This document shows positions 17,085-26,474 of a stretch of DNA of 47,534 bases, piece by piece. The notes under the pieces are model-generated. The model saw only the letters and a list, made by a program, of their open reading frames with translations, made no database searches and was not told the DNA's origin. Each line of letters starts with the position of its first letter. Position 1 is the stretch's first letter. This stretch comes from Fusobacteriota bacterium (GTDB lineage: Bacteria > Fusobacteriota > Fusobacteriia > JAPLKR01): contig JAPLKR010000025.1 of assembly GCA_026387965.1 (NCBI GenBank), positions 1 to 47,534 on the forward strand, written 5' to 3'. The translations under genes and the position numbers were made by a program.

Positions 17085-17900
17085 TTATATTATATGCAAA
17101 CCAAACAAGACTAAAATCACGATCCCAAGTCCAATTCGGTAATACCCAAATCCTTTAAAACTGTTGTTTTTAATAAAACCCATAAATGCTGATATAACAA
17201 TAAGAGCAACCACAAATGAAACAATAAACCCAATAGCTAAAAGTCCTAATTCAGGATGTGAGAATTTAGCCCCATGTTTCAAAACCGTATACCCCGAAGC
17301 TAAAATCATCGTTGGAATAGCTAGAAAAAAAGAAAATTCTGCAGCCACTTCACGACTTCCTCCTAAAAGCATCCCCCCGATAATTGTACTTGCGGATCGT
17401 GAAGTCCCAGGAATCATCGCAAAACACTGTATCCAACCAATAGCAAAAGCTTTTCCAAGTGATAAATCTCTTAATTTTACAATTTTAACTTCTCGCTTCT
17501 TTCCTTCAAGTACGATTAATACAACTCCCCCAATAATCAGCATAATGGCTACAACAATCGAGTTAAAAAGATAGTGTTCAATTATATTGCCAAAAAGTAG
17601 TCCTAAAATTATGGCTGGAATAACAGCTACAATTATTTTAGACCAAAGTGAGATAAATGTTCCCTCTTTTTCATTTATAATAGGGTTTTTTCTAGGAATG
17701 AGTTTTTTCCAAAAATACACAATTACTGAAAGAATCGCCCCCAATTGAATCACAACATCAAATGACTCTGTAAAATTCGTTCCAAAATGTACCCAATGGT
17801 TCACAATAATCAAATGCCCTGTTGATGATATGGGCAAAAATTCTGTTACCCCCTCAACTATTCCAAGAATTACTGCGTAAATGATATGTATAATTACCAT
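17085..17900 (-). CDS. uppP: undecaprenyl-diphosphate phosphatase
   Basis: GIVEGVTEFLPISSTGHL and IPGTSRSASTI(IGG) motifs. 271 aa with about 8 TM helices. Confidence 0.9.
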   Translation of the reverse strand: MVIIHIIYAVILGIVEGVTEFLPISSTGHLIIVNHWVHFGTNFTESFDVVIQLGAILSVIVYFWKKLIPRKNPIINEKEGTFISLWSKIIVAVIPAIILGLLFGNIIEHYLFNSIVVAIMLIIGGVVLIVLEGKKREVKIVKLRDLSLGKAFAIGWIQCFAMIPGTSRSASTIIGGMLLGGSREVAAEFSFFLAIPTMILASGYTVLKHGAKFSHPELGLLAIGFIVSFVVALIVISAFMGFIKNNSFKGFGYYRIGLGIVILVLFGLHII

Positions 17901-17971
17901 ATTCTATCTCCCAAAAAATATTCTTTTACCTATTATTTATTATAGGACATTTCAAGAAAAAAGTAAACTGT

Positions 17972-18000
17972 TTGAAATTATTTGAAAAATATTCTATAAT
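17972..18000 (+). promoter_or_regulatory. sigma70-type promoter TTGAAA-17 nt-TATAAT
   Basis: Hexamers at 17972-17977 and 17995-18000. The predicted TSS near 18007 favours the ATG at 18029 (AGGAG at 18019-18023) as the start of the HAD gene. Confidence 0.55.
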
Positions 18001-18028
18001 ATAATAAATGAAAATTTTAGGAGCGCAA

Positions 18029-18832
18029 ATGAATTCATATTCTGTACATATTTTTGACTTAGATGGTGTAATCTATCTTGGAAATACCGCTATTCCTCAT
18101 GCAATTGAGTACCTGAACCATCTCTCAATAAAAGGCGATAAAGTCTATTTTTTTACCAACAATTCTTCCAAAACACGACTTTCTGTGGCCGAAAAAATTT
18201 CAAAACTCGGATATACCACAAATGAAGAACAAATTATTAGCAGCTCATCCATTGCGAATGAGTATTTTGCAACTAAAAACTATAAAAGTGCATTTTTATT
18301 TGGAGAGCTTGGCGCACGCAATGCTCTTTTTGACAATGGAATTCAAATCATTAACGACTCAATACCACTCGAAACCATTTTAGATAATGATTCTATAAAA
18401 TGTGACATTGTGCTGGCTGGAATTTTTCGAACTGCAACTTACTCGCATGTTGCCGCCGCATCTCTCCTTTTACAGCGCGGCGCAAAATTCATTGTAACAA
18501 ATACTGACCCTTCTATTCCAATCGAACGTGGACTATTCCCAGGGGCTGGTGCTATGATTAAAGCTATTGAAACGGCGTCTGGTATTGTCCCTGAAATCAT
18601 ATTTGGAAAGCCTAGTCCTATCGGAATTTTGAGCCTCATTAGTAATTTAAATCTTCCAGAAACGAATTTCATTATGTATGGAGACAGAATGGATACTGAT
18701 ATCCTATGTGGGTATAATGCAAACATTAGTACCGCGCTGATGCTCACTGGCGCTATGACACGCGAAGATGCTAATTCTTATCCCTTTAAACCAACATATA
18801 TCTACAATAATTTTTTAGAGTGTATGCAATAA
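18029..18832 (+). CDS. HAD-IIA (NagD-like) sugar-phosphate phosphatase
   Basis: FDLDGVIY (motif I), FFTNNSS (motif II), GKPSP and GDRMDTDI (motifs III/IV). Alternative upstream ATG at 18008. Confidence 0.8.
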   Translation: MNSYSVHIFDLDGVIYLGNTAIPHAIEYLNHLSIKGDKVYFFTNNSSKTRLSVAEKISKLGYTTNEEQIISSSSIANEYFATKNYKSAFLFGELGARNALFDNGIQIINDSIPLETILDNDSIKCDIVLAGIFRTATYSHVAAASLLLQRGAKFIVTNTDPSIPIERGLFPGAGAMIKAIETASGIVPEIIFGKPSPIGILSLISNLNLPETNFIMYGDRMDTDILCGYNANISTALMLTGAMTREDANSYPFKPTYIYNNFLECMQ

Positions 18833-18910
18833 TTTAGATTTCACGAAAATACCTTCTGTGTTGAAGTTTCAGTGCATGAAATTGCTTGTAACCTCATCAA
18901 GAAGGTTTTT

Positions 18911-20071
18911 TTATCTAGTCACTTGATTGATTATTGGCAAAATAATTTGAGATGTATTATACCCGACTGTGGCATTTTCACTACCCTCTGCTTGCTCAAA
19001 CCCTATCAAGAAGGCTGAAGTATTCACTACATTATTTTGAGACACATACACTGTAAGTGACGTAGAACGAAATGCCACTGCAGATGAATTTCCACCATCT
19101 ATTCCTATAATTCCTTTTCCTCCGGTATCATCTGGTGTCTTATTTCCTAAGCTATTACCTTTAAGAGTCACAGTCCCTAATATATCTGCAAAATTAGAAG
19201 CTCCAGCATAAAAAATTATAAAATTATTACTGAGTGGCACTGAGGGACCCATCACTGTATTATTTTCAAATATTAGATTAAACTGCCCTGTTGCTCCGCT
19301 CCAATTATCTTGATTATAAAATTGAAAATATGGACCCGTTATAACACTATTTCCGGTTATAGTTAAGGTTCCAGTATATTTTTCAGTCGTATTATACCCA
19401 GAATTTGTTGAAGTTAAATATATAAACCTTGGGTGAATTCCATTTATACTGCTGTTTATTAAACTATTACCACTAATATTACAGTTTCCAGATACAGCAT
19501 ATATACCCATAGGGTAAAACTTTTGATTTGATAAAGTTGAGGTATATTCAAACGTATTTTTCGAGATATTCCAACTCCCCGCACGCATTACAATTCCAAA
19601 TTCTACAATACCTATAGTGCAATTATTGATATTTATATTCGTCAACAAGTCCCCCGAATTATTTGGATTGGAAACTACTATTGCTGATTCTACTGATGTA
19701 TTTGTCGATTTCCGATTCAAAATTGTTAGTTTAGAAAGTTGTACATTGCTCATTATAATATTAAATATTTGAATGGGATCACTTGCTGTCCCGGCCGTTT
19801 CAAATATAACACCATTTTGCGTCTCTCCAACGATATTTACTGGTTTTGAAACCACAATAGTAGAATTTACAGTATATGTCCCATTATATACTAAAATATT
19901 TGAACCACTTACCACTTGAGAGCTCGCTAGCGCTTCTTGAAGTGTTGCAAAATCACCCCCGCTACCAACGGTCCAATATTTAATTGATTGTTGAGTATTT
20001 GCTGACTTCATACATCCAAAAAGTCCGATAATAATTACAATAACCACTGTAGTAATAATAATTTTTTTCAT
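18911..20071 (-). CDS. lipoprotein with right-handed parallel beta-helix (pectin-lyase-fold) repeats
   Basis: MKKIIITTVVIVIIIGLFGC lipobox. Body is rich in repeated N/G/S/T-I/V turns (NISGNSL, ITGNSV, LKGNSLGN). Start at ATG 20071 is preferred over 20119. Confidence 0.6.
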   Translation of the reverse strand: MKKIIITTVVIVIIIGLFGCMKSANTQQSIKYWTVGSGGDFATLQEALASSQVVSGSNILVYNGTYTVNSTIVVSKPVNIVGETQNGVIFETAGTASDPIQIFNIIMSNVQLSKLTILNRKSTNTSVESAIVVSNPNNSGDLLTNININNCTIGIVEFGIVMRAGSWNISKNTFEYTSTLSNQKFYPMGIYAVSGNCNISGNSLINSSINGIHPRFIYLTSTNSGYNTTEKYTGTLTITGNSVITGPYFQFYNQDNWSGATGQFNLIFENNTVMGPSVPLSNNFIIFYAGASNFADILGTVTLKGNSLGNKTPDDTGGKGIIGIDGGNSSAVAFRSTSLTVYVSQNNVVNTSAFLIGFEQAEGSENATVGYNTSQIILPIINQVTR

Positions 20072-20196
20072 TTCATTCCCCTTTTTCTGTATTTTGGTAT
20101 GCTGAAACACACAAGTCAAGTCAAATAAAGTAAAATGGCCTATGCATTTATACCTTGAACGGGATTTTTCACAATAATTATTTCAATTTTTATTAT

Positions 20197-20754
20197 TTAA
20201 CTTTTTGAAAAAATATAGCCCATTTGAATAAAGGATAAACCTAAAATAAATGGCCCTGCAATTGATAAAACCACCGAAGCAAAGGTTACACCAGAAAAAA
20301 AGAGTATTACCCCATATAGTGCAAATAGCTTTCTATACGAATTCCCCACTTTTGATTTAGCAAATTTAACCATTTTAACACCTAAAATCACTAGAACAAC
20401 ACCAAAATATATCGAGACACATACAAGTATCATTGCCACTGTTAACATGCCTAAATCATACCTATACAGTGAACGTATTATTAAAATCATTACAACCGTT
20501 GCCACATAGCCAACCACCATTAATGTTATCCAAAAAGTCATATCTACTTGATAATTTTTCTTAATACTCTTATTAAACCTAAACATGAAGAAAATAAAAA
20601 GCCCTAATATCACAACATCTACCATTCCTGTGATTATAGTATATACAATTGGCGCAAAAATCATGTAATTGCTCATGAACAATAATGCTGTTGGATAAGC
20701 AATCATAATAATCCCAAATATATAATTTGTTACAGAATATTTTAGCAAATCCAT
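20197..20754 (-). CDS. polytopic membrane protein, unknown function
   Basis: 185 aa with 5-6 hydrophobic helices. Starts 8 nt after the upstream stop. Confidence 0.45.
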   Translation of the reverse strand: MDLLKYSVTNYIFGIIMIAYPTALLFMSNYMIFAPIVYTIITGMVDVVILGLFIFFMFRFNKSIKKNYQVDMTFWITLMVVGYVATVVMILIIRSLYRYDLGMLTVAMILVCVSIYFGVVLVILGVKMVKFAKSKVGNSYRKLFALYGVILFFSGVTFASVVLSIAGPFILGLSFIQMGYIFSKS

Positions 20755-20762
20755 AATAACTC

Positions 20763-21776
20763 CTAACTTCCAATATATTTTTGAAATTTTTTGGTTTTGA
20801 GTAGTGCGAAAAAAATATGAAGGTAAAAATTAGCCCATTTCCCTTTTCTTTTAAGACTTGCAAGCCCTTTTTCTTGCCTTTTTTTAAATTCTAAGATCTT
20901 TTCAATTTCGTTTTTTTTTGAAACCCCCTCTATAATTTCACGTCCTACGATACTACCACTTTCAAGTGCGTAACCAATGCCTTCTCCCGTAGTAAGCGAG
21001 GTGAATCCTGCAGCATCACCTATCAAATAGATTTGTTTAAACTTGTAACCCAGATATTCACAATTGATTGGTGCTCCATAGAGCTTCAAGGAAGAAATAT
21101 CTATATGGGAATAATTTTTTTTCATATATTCATGTAATTGAGCTCTCGCTTTTTCATGAGATAAATATTCCAGTTCATAATATATTCCTACAGTAACTTT
21201 ATTAATTTGAGGAAATTCCCAAATATAACCAACACCATAATTTTTACAATCAAAATTCCATATAAGTTCACTTCTTTTTTCTTCAATTTCATAATATTGA
21301 CCATAACTCATGAGACTCTTTAGTTTTAAATACCTTCTAACTCTTGAATTACTTCCATCAGCTCCAACGAGTATGTCATAGTTGTATACACCTTTTGTTG
21401 TTTCGATATTTCTATCTGAAATTTCAATAACTTTTTCACCTTTTATAAAGGTGAAATTTTCACTTTGCTCAAGTTCTTTTTTTTGAAATTCTCCTAAATC
21501 TTTTCTGTTCATAATATAAATTGGACTCGAAAGAACCAGTTTTCTTCTAATTTTTCCAATTTTCACAACTTGTTTTTGAAATGCTAGTGCTCTACTGCTT
21601 TTTGAAAGGTCTACAACGCTGTTTTGCCCTGTAACCCCTCCAGCACAAATTTTTGGGCCAATAATTTCATTTTTTTCAATAATGAGAACTTTTTTATGAC
21701 TATTTTTTAGCTCTTTTGCGCAAGCAAGCCCCGCTGGTCCTGCCCCCAAAATAATAACATCAAAATGCGTTTCCAT
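20763..21776 (-). CDS. FAD-dependent oxidoreductase, geranylgeranyl-reductase family
   Basis: DVIILGAGPAGLACA dinucleotide fold, ICAGGV, LVGADGSNSRVR, LIGDAAG. 337 aa. Confidence 0.7.
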   Translation of the reverse strand: METHFDVIILGAGPAGLACAKELKNSHKKVLIIEKNEIIGPKICAGGVTGQNSVVDLSKSSRALAFQKQVVKIGKIRRKLVLSSPIYIMNRKDLGEFQKKELEQSENFTFIKGEKVIEISDRNIETTKGVYNYDILVGADGSNSRVRRYLKLKSLMSYGQYYEIEEKRSELIWNFDCKNYGVGYIWEFPQINKVTVGIYYELEYLSHEKARAQLHEYMKKNYSHIDISSLKLYGAPINCEYLGYKFKQIYLIGDAAGFTSLTTGEGIGYALESGSIVGREIIEGVSKKNEIEKILEFKKRQEKGLASLKRKGKWANFYLHIFFALLKTKKFQKYIGS

Positions 21777-21783
21777 ATTTCTC

Positions 21784-22677
21784 CTATTTTATCTTAAATC
21801 TATAGGGCTGCTTCATTAAATATTCCTTAAAAACTGTAATAGATGATCGAATTACCCCTCTGTGCGGTCGCTTCTCAAGATGCCCATGATAATTCATATG
21901 AATTTTTCCATCCTTTGAAGTAATAATCGTATTAAATATATCTTGTAGTGTACTTGACGGCGAAGTAACTTCTAAGTAATTTCCTAGCTCACTAAAATGG
22001 TGTGCATCACTTCCCACCGCGATAAATTTTAAGTTGTGAATGTGATAGTCATATTCGGGAACCACCATACTTTTTTGCAACTTAAAACGATGTTTTTTTG
22101 ACACTTTTCTTGAAATTATTTGGGCATTATCAAGTTGATGTAAAAATTTAATAACATGTTGCATCCCACCAACGCTCACAATTTCAAGAGACCCAAGCCG
22201 CTTCACATAATATTGAAATTTTTCATACCCAAGGTTCTTAATAATGCCTGTCTTACTTGGAACATATGGATGCGTGACAAATCCATATATATCTTCATGC
22301 GTTTCGATGAAGGCAATCGCCTCTTCATACGTCAAATTATAGGGGGTTAATTCAGGATAGTCATAGATTGAATCACTCCTAGAAAACATAATCAGATCAA
22401 CACCCTCTGAAGTGAGATACTCAAGTCCTGGAAAACAATACATCTCTTCTGGTTGAGTGCTTTTCATTATTTCATACGCACGTTTAGGATTTTTATATAC
22501 ATGCTCTGTAACAAGGAGTGTATTAACCCCTACTTCCCTAAAAGTTTCCCACCATTTATGTGCCATTTCTATAGCTTTTGTCTCATCTGTTTTTAAATTA
22601 GGATGAAAATGGTAGTCTACTCTCAACTCCATTAATTCTCTAAATTTCATTTCCATTACTGCCACACTTTCTGACAT
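21784..22677 (-). CDS. PHP-domain metal-dependent phosphoesterase
   Basis: VDYHFHPN, VTEHVY, THPY and VGSDAHH metal-ligand blocks. The true start may be an internal Met (M8, M10 or M16 of the ORF). Confidence 0.6.
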   Translation of the reverse strand: MSESVAVMEMKFRELMELRVDYHFHPNLKTDETKAIEMAHKWWETFREVGVNTLLVTEHVYKNPKRAYEIMKSTQPEEMYCFPGLEYLTSEGVDLIMFSRSDSIYDYPELTPYNLTYEEAIAFIETHEDIYGFVTHPYVPSKTGIIKNLGYEKFQYYVKRLGSLEIVSVGGMQHVIKFLHQLDNAQIISRKVSKKHRFKLQKSMVVPEYDYHIHNLKFIAVGSDAHHFSELGNYLEVTSPSSTLQDIFNTIITSKDGKIHMNYHGHLEKRPHRGVIRSSITVFKEYLMKQPYRFKIK

Positions 22678-22766
22678 TTATTTATATTATAGCAAACCAC
22701 ACTGAAATTGTGGAGAAAATTCTATATTTTAATAAATAATTTTTATTATCCCAATTTCAATTTTTT

Positions 22767-22786
22767 TGATATAATAGTGTTATAAT
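22767..22786 (+). promoter_or_regulatory. two tandem extended -10 elements (TGATATAAT and TGTTATAAT) upstream of gloA
   Basis: Read directly at 22767-22775 and 22778-22786, 20-35 nt before the AGGAGG/ATG of gloA. Confidence 0.5.
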
Positions 22787-22804
22787 ATATTTTTAGGAGG
22801 TACT

Positions 22805-23194
22805 ATGCGATTTGCACATGTTATGATTAGAGTTAACAATTTAGATGAAAGTATTGAGTTTTATTCCACTGTTCTAGGAATGAAACTTCAAGATGTTGTG
22901 GTCAATGATGAGTATCAATACACCATCGCATTTTTAGGATATGGTGATGATCGACACAAAGAAACATGCCTTGAACTAACTTACAACTGGGGAAAGTCGA
23001 GCTATGAAATAGGGACGGCATTTGGCCATCTTGCCATTGCTGTAGTGGATGTTTACAAAGCTTGTGAAGAGGTCTCTGCAAAAGGAGGAAGTGTCACACG
23101 CCCTGCTGGTCCTTTAAAAGGAAAGCCTGATTCTATTATTGCCTTTATTAAAGACCCAAATGGATATCAAATTGAGCTTGTTACACAAAAATAG
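22805..23194 (+). CDS. gloA: lactoylglutathione lyase (glyoxalase I)
   Basis: 129 aa, near-collinear with E. coli GloA as recalled: HVMIRV.NLD.SI.FY..VLGMKL, ELTYNWG, GTAFGHLA, AFIKDPNGYQIEL. Confidence 0.9.
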   Translation: MRFAHVMIRVNNLDESIEFYSTVLGMKLQDVVVNDEYQYTIAFLGYGDDRHKETCLELTYNWGKSSYEIGTAFGHLAIAVVDVYKACEEVSAKGGSVTRPAGPLKGKPDSIIAFIKDPNGYQIELVTQK

Positions 23195-23845
23195 ATGTTT
23201 AATATTACCTATTTATCTGCTTTCATCGCAGGTATTTTAAGTTTTATTTCTCCTTGTATCCTACCTTTACTACCAATGTATCTTGCTTTTTTTGCACGCT
23301 ATGAAAAGAAAAACAAGTTCACGTTAATTTTAAATATCATCGCTTTTATCTTAGGTTTTGGAACTATCTTTATCCTAATGGGCCTTACTTCTGCAATGCT
23401 GATTAACCAATTTATATCATTTAAACTATATATTCGAATCATTGGATCCCTTATTATGATGGTCATGGGTCTATATATTTTGGGCGTATTGAAAATCCGC
23501 ATTCTTTCTAAGGAAAAACGCTTTCATCCTATATTTAAAAAATCCACTTGGCTGGTTTATCTTATTGTAGGAATGACCTTTGCTGCAGGATGGACTCCCT
23601 GTATCGGTCCCATTCTTGCCTCTATTCTCTTTATGGCGGGTATGCAAGGTGATATCTTTCATAGTTTAATGCTTCTGATATTTTACACTCTTGGGCTTGC
23701 CATTCCTTTTATACTGATTGGGATTTTTGAGCAGTGGATGATGAATTTCTTAAAACGCTCACGCATTATACTTTTTTTTATTTATAAACTTGCCGGAATT
23801 GTTTTAATTATTATGGCATTTATTTTACTTCTCAAAGGTTATTAA
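23195..23845 (+). CDS. ccdA: cytochrome c biogenesis / thiol-disulfide transporter CcdA (DsbD core) family
   Basis: SPCILPLLPMYL and GWTPCIGPIL Cys motifs with 6 TM helices. The ATG immediately follows the gloA TAG. Confidence 0.85.
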   Translation: MFNITYLSAFIAGILSFISPCILPLLPMYLAFFARYEKKNKFTLILNIIAFILGFGTIFILMGLTSAMLINQFISFKLYIRIIGSLIMMVMGLYILGVLKIRILSKEKRFHPIFKKSTWLVYLIVGMTFAAGWTPCIGPILASILFMAGMQGDIFHSLMLLIFYTLGLAIPFILIGIFEQWMMNFLKRSRIILFFIYKLAGIVLIIMAFILLLKGY

Positions 23846-23858
23846 TCAGGAGGTATCT

Positions 23859-24296
23859 ATGAAAAAAATTTTATTAGTCTTAGTAGCCCTATTTTTAGTG
23901 CTACTTGCATTTGCCGAGACAACTTCAAGCACACCTAACCAAAAGGCATCAACTATTCGATGGCAGCCCTATTCTCAAGCTTTTGCCCAAGCACAAAAAC
24001 AAAATAAACTTGTCTATGTATATATTGGTAGCGACACGTGTTACTATTGTAAAAAAATGGAACAGGAGACTTTTACTGACAAGAATGTTATCTCCGTGCT
24101 AAATAATAACTATATTGCAACAGAGATCAACATAGATAAAAATCCCTCGCTAGCTTCACAATTTAATGTACAAGGAACTCCTGTTTCTGTTTTTATCACA
24201 CCGAATCAAAAAATAATAGGACAAATCCCAGGATACCTTCCTTCAAAGGATTTTATCAGTGCACTTAACTATGTTACTAAAAAGTATACGCCATAA
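23859..24296 (+). CDS. secreted thioredoxin-fold protein (CxxC = CYYC)
   Basis: Signal peptide MKKILLVLVALFLVLLAFA. YIGSDTCYYCKKME active-site region, and the cis-Pro region GTPV. Confidence 0.75.
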   Translation: MKKILLVLVALFLVLLAFAETTSSTPNQKASTIRWQPYSQAFAQAQKQNKLVYVYIGSDTCYYCKKMEQETFTDKNVISVLNNNYIATEINIDKNPSLASQFNVQGTPVSVFITPNQKIIGQIPGYLPSKDFISALNYVTKKYTP

Positions 24297-24331
24297 AAAA
24301 AGGTCTGAAGCATGTGTTTCAGACCTTTTTT
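24295..24331. terminator. bidirectional rho-independent terminator
   Basis: AAAAAAAGGTCTGAA gcatgtgt TTCAGACCTTTTTT, a 9-bp stem with A/T flanks between convergent genes. Confidence 0.75.
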
Positions 24332-25382
24332 ATTTTATATCAATAAGTAAAAATTCTGTTTTTCCTCCACCCGTTCTGTAAGGTGAGTAGGAAGTGTCAA
24401 ATCCTGAAGATACAATGATATCTGTATTTTTAATACGTTTATATCCATAGCATGGGCGATAAATGAATTTGTAAAATAGACTGAGGGGGAAAAGTTGTCC
24501 TCCATGAGTATGTCCAGAAATTTGTAGTTGAATATTTTCTTGAGTACTTTCTTTTGTAAGTGGGCGATGTTCAAGTAGAATTTTTATCGGTGTTCTAACA
24601 ACCGTCAACATCTCTTCTAAACTTTTTCTGTCTCTTTGGCACACATCAGTACGTCCTAAGAAAGATATGTCATCATTGATCTCTAAGACTTCATCAAGTA
24701 AAAGTTGTATCCCGCTATTTTGAAGAAACTTCATATTCTCATCAATATCCCCATAAAACTCATGATTTCCTAGTATTCCGTATACGCCTAAAGGCGCATC
24801 AATTTTTTTCAATACATTTTGAATTTCAGGCTTCACACTACTTGCAAAAGCATCAATTACATCTCCAACAAATACTACTATTTCAGGGTTTTGCTTATTA
24901 ATACTTGATACTAGTTTTTCCACTCTTGAAGCTTTGGTTTGTACATTCAAATGTACATCTGTTACGGCTACAAACCTAAAGGGTACCCTTGAACCATAAT
25001 TAAATTCTCTTTTAAAAATGAAAATGTTTCGGTATATCAAGTGAGCTCTTAAACTATAAATTGCATAAAATACGACAAATATTATGGTAAGTAGCAATAT
25101 GTTCTTTTCTATGAAAGCATTGATATTCACAACAAAATGTAGCAGTAAAACCATTAAAAATAAAAAAAGTAGCAACATATACATCATAACAAAATGTCCA
25201 GAAACTTTCATAATATATTTTTTTAAATGGTATTCATTGTGTTCTGTAATTAAAAGTATTATGAGTAGCAAAAATAAAAATTCAAAAATATTTTTTAATT
25301 GATAATTATAAAACTTCTCAAGATAGTGCGTTATGTATAACGTTGGTAAACAATATAGAACTAATAATATTATTCTTTGCAT
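24330..25382 (-). CDS. membrane-anchored metallophosphoesterase (YkuE-like)
   Basis: N-terminal about 4 TM helices, then VAVTDVHLN, GDVID, GNHEF and SGHTHGGQ phosphoesterase motifs. Confidence 0.8.
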   Translation of the reverse strand: MQRIILLVLYCLPTLYITHYLEKFYNYQLKNIFEFLFLLLIILLITEHNEYHLKKYIMKVSGHFVMMYMLLLFLFLMVLLLHFVVNINAFIEKNILLLTIIFVVFYAIYSLRAHLIYRNIFIFKREFNYGSRVPFRFVAVTDVHLNVQTKASRVEKLVSSINKQNPEIVVFVGDVIDAFASSVKPEIQNVLKKIDAPLGVYGILGNHEFYGDIDENMKFLQNSGIQLLLDEVLEINDDISFLGRTDVCQRDRKSLEEMLTVVRTPIKILLEHRPLTKESTQENIQLQISGHTHGGQLFPLSLFYKFIYRPCYGYKRIKNTDIIVSSGFDTSYSPYRTGGGKTEFLLIDIK

Positions 25383-25430
25383 TCAAACCTCTATTAATTA
25401 TTTTCTCATCTAGTATTATACCACAAAAAT

Positions 25431-25464
25431 AAAAATGAGAGTAGTTTTTTCTACTCTCATTTTC
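25431..25464 (-). terminator. rho-independent terminator after the PfkB-family kinase gene
   Basis: AAAAATGAGAGTAG tttttt CTACTCTCATTTT, a 10-bp stem. Confidence 0.7.
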
Positions 25465-26400
25465 TTAAAACCGTGTATATTTAATTTTACCTAAATATTC
25501 TTTTACTTTTTCATAACTCGGAAATTGTGTCCCATCAAGTGTTACGGTTGCGGCCCCTGTTGCTGCCGCCAAAACTGCCATTTGGTCAATTTCATACCCA
25601 TTAGCTTTAGCAAAAGCAATTGCTGCTACCATAGCATCTCCTGCACCCACCGTACTTTGAACTTCTACATTTAACCCTTCTACTTTCAATGCAAAATTTT
25701 TATCGATAAAATATGACCCTTTTTCACGATTAGAGATCACTACAAGTTCAATGCCTTTTTGAATCAATTTTCTGCCATAAAAAATAATCTCTTCATCATC
25801 ATTGGTATCAATTTCAACATCAAAATGCCTTTGCAACTCATAAAGATTAGGCTTTATAATATTTGGAAGCCCTTTTATGCCTTCATCGAATGCTGGGCCC
25901 GAGCTATCTAGGATAACAAATTTGCTTTGTGATTTTAATAGGGATACTAATTCAAAATAAATTTTTGGGGATACGCCCTTTGGAATGCTTCCAGAAATAA
26001 TATGGATTGAATTAGGACTTTTTTTCAATATTTCAATTAAATTCTTAATATCCTCCTCTGAAGGGGTAGGCCCTATTTCATTTAATTCGGTAATCAATTT
26101 TGATGTTTCGTCAACAATTTTAACATTAGTGCGCGTCTCTCCATCAATTTCTACAAAATAGTTTTGAATTCCATTTTTTTCTAAATCATAGACTATTTTC
26201 ATTCCACGGGTACCAGCAATAAAGCCCGTAGCCCTTGAATCCATTCCAAAATTCTTCAACATTTTAGATACATTGAGTCCTTTTCCACCCACGTCCTCTC
26301 TCGAATGCGAGACAATATTTAACTCGCCCGGAATAAATTTATGTGTTGTAAGTGTTTTATCTACAGCTGGGTTTAGTGTAATGGTTGTAATCATTTTCAC
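25465..26400 (-). CDS. 1-phosphofructokinase-family (PfkB) hexose-phosphate kinase
   Basis: ITLNPAVDKT N-terminus, GGKGLNVS, C-terminal GAGDAMVAA. 311 aa. No fru/lac PTS partner is adjacent, so the substrate is not assigned. Confidence 0.75.
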   Translation of the reverse strand: MKMITTITLNPAVDKTLTTHKFIPGELNIVSHSREDVGGKGLNVSKMLKNFGMDSRATGFIAGTRGMKIVYDLEKNGIQNYFVEIDGETRTNVKIVDETSKLITELNEIGPTPSEEDIKNLIEILKKSPNSIHIISGSIPKGVSPKIYFELVSLLKSQSKFVILDSSGPAFDEGIKGLPNIIKPNLYELQRHFDVEIDTNDDEEIIFYGRKLIQKGIELVVISNREKGSYFIDKNFALKVEGLNVEVQSTVGAGDAMVAAIAFAKANGYEIDQMAVLAAATGAATVTLDGTQFPSYEKVKEYLGKIKYTRF

Positions 26401-26474
26401 CTCTCAAATAAAGTATTTATTTTATAAACATTTTATCATCATTATTGACATGTGTCAACAGATGATATTAATTT

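Noticed and set aside
17164-17574. 136-aa plus-strand ORF inside uppP, and similar shadow ORFs (5392-5667, 7892-8230, 12524-12790, 18439-18747, 32318-32596, 35135-35908, 38384-38647, 39151-39375, 45101-46063)
   Set aside because: All are antisense or out-of-frame overlaps of genes with strong motif support. Their translations are low-complexity and unrecognisable, and none has a convincing start context.
20579-20863. 94-aa minus-strand ORF spanning the junction of the GGR-family gene and the downstream membrane protein gene
   Set aside because: It overlaps both better-supported genes in alternative frames, and its translation has no recognisable features.
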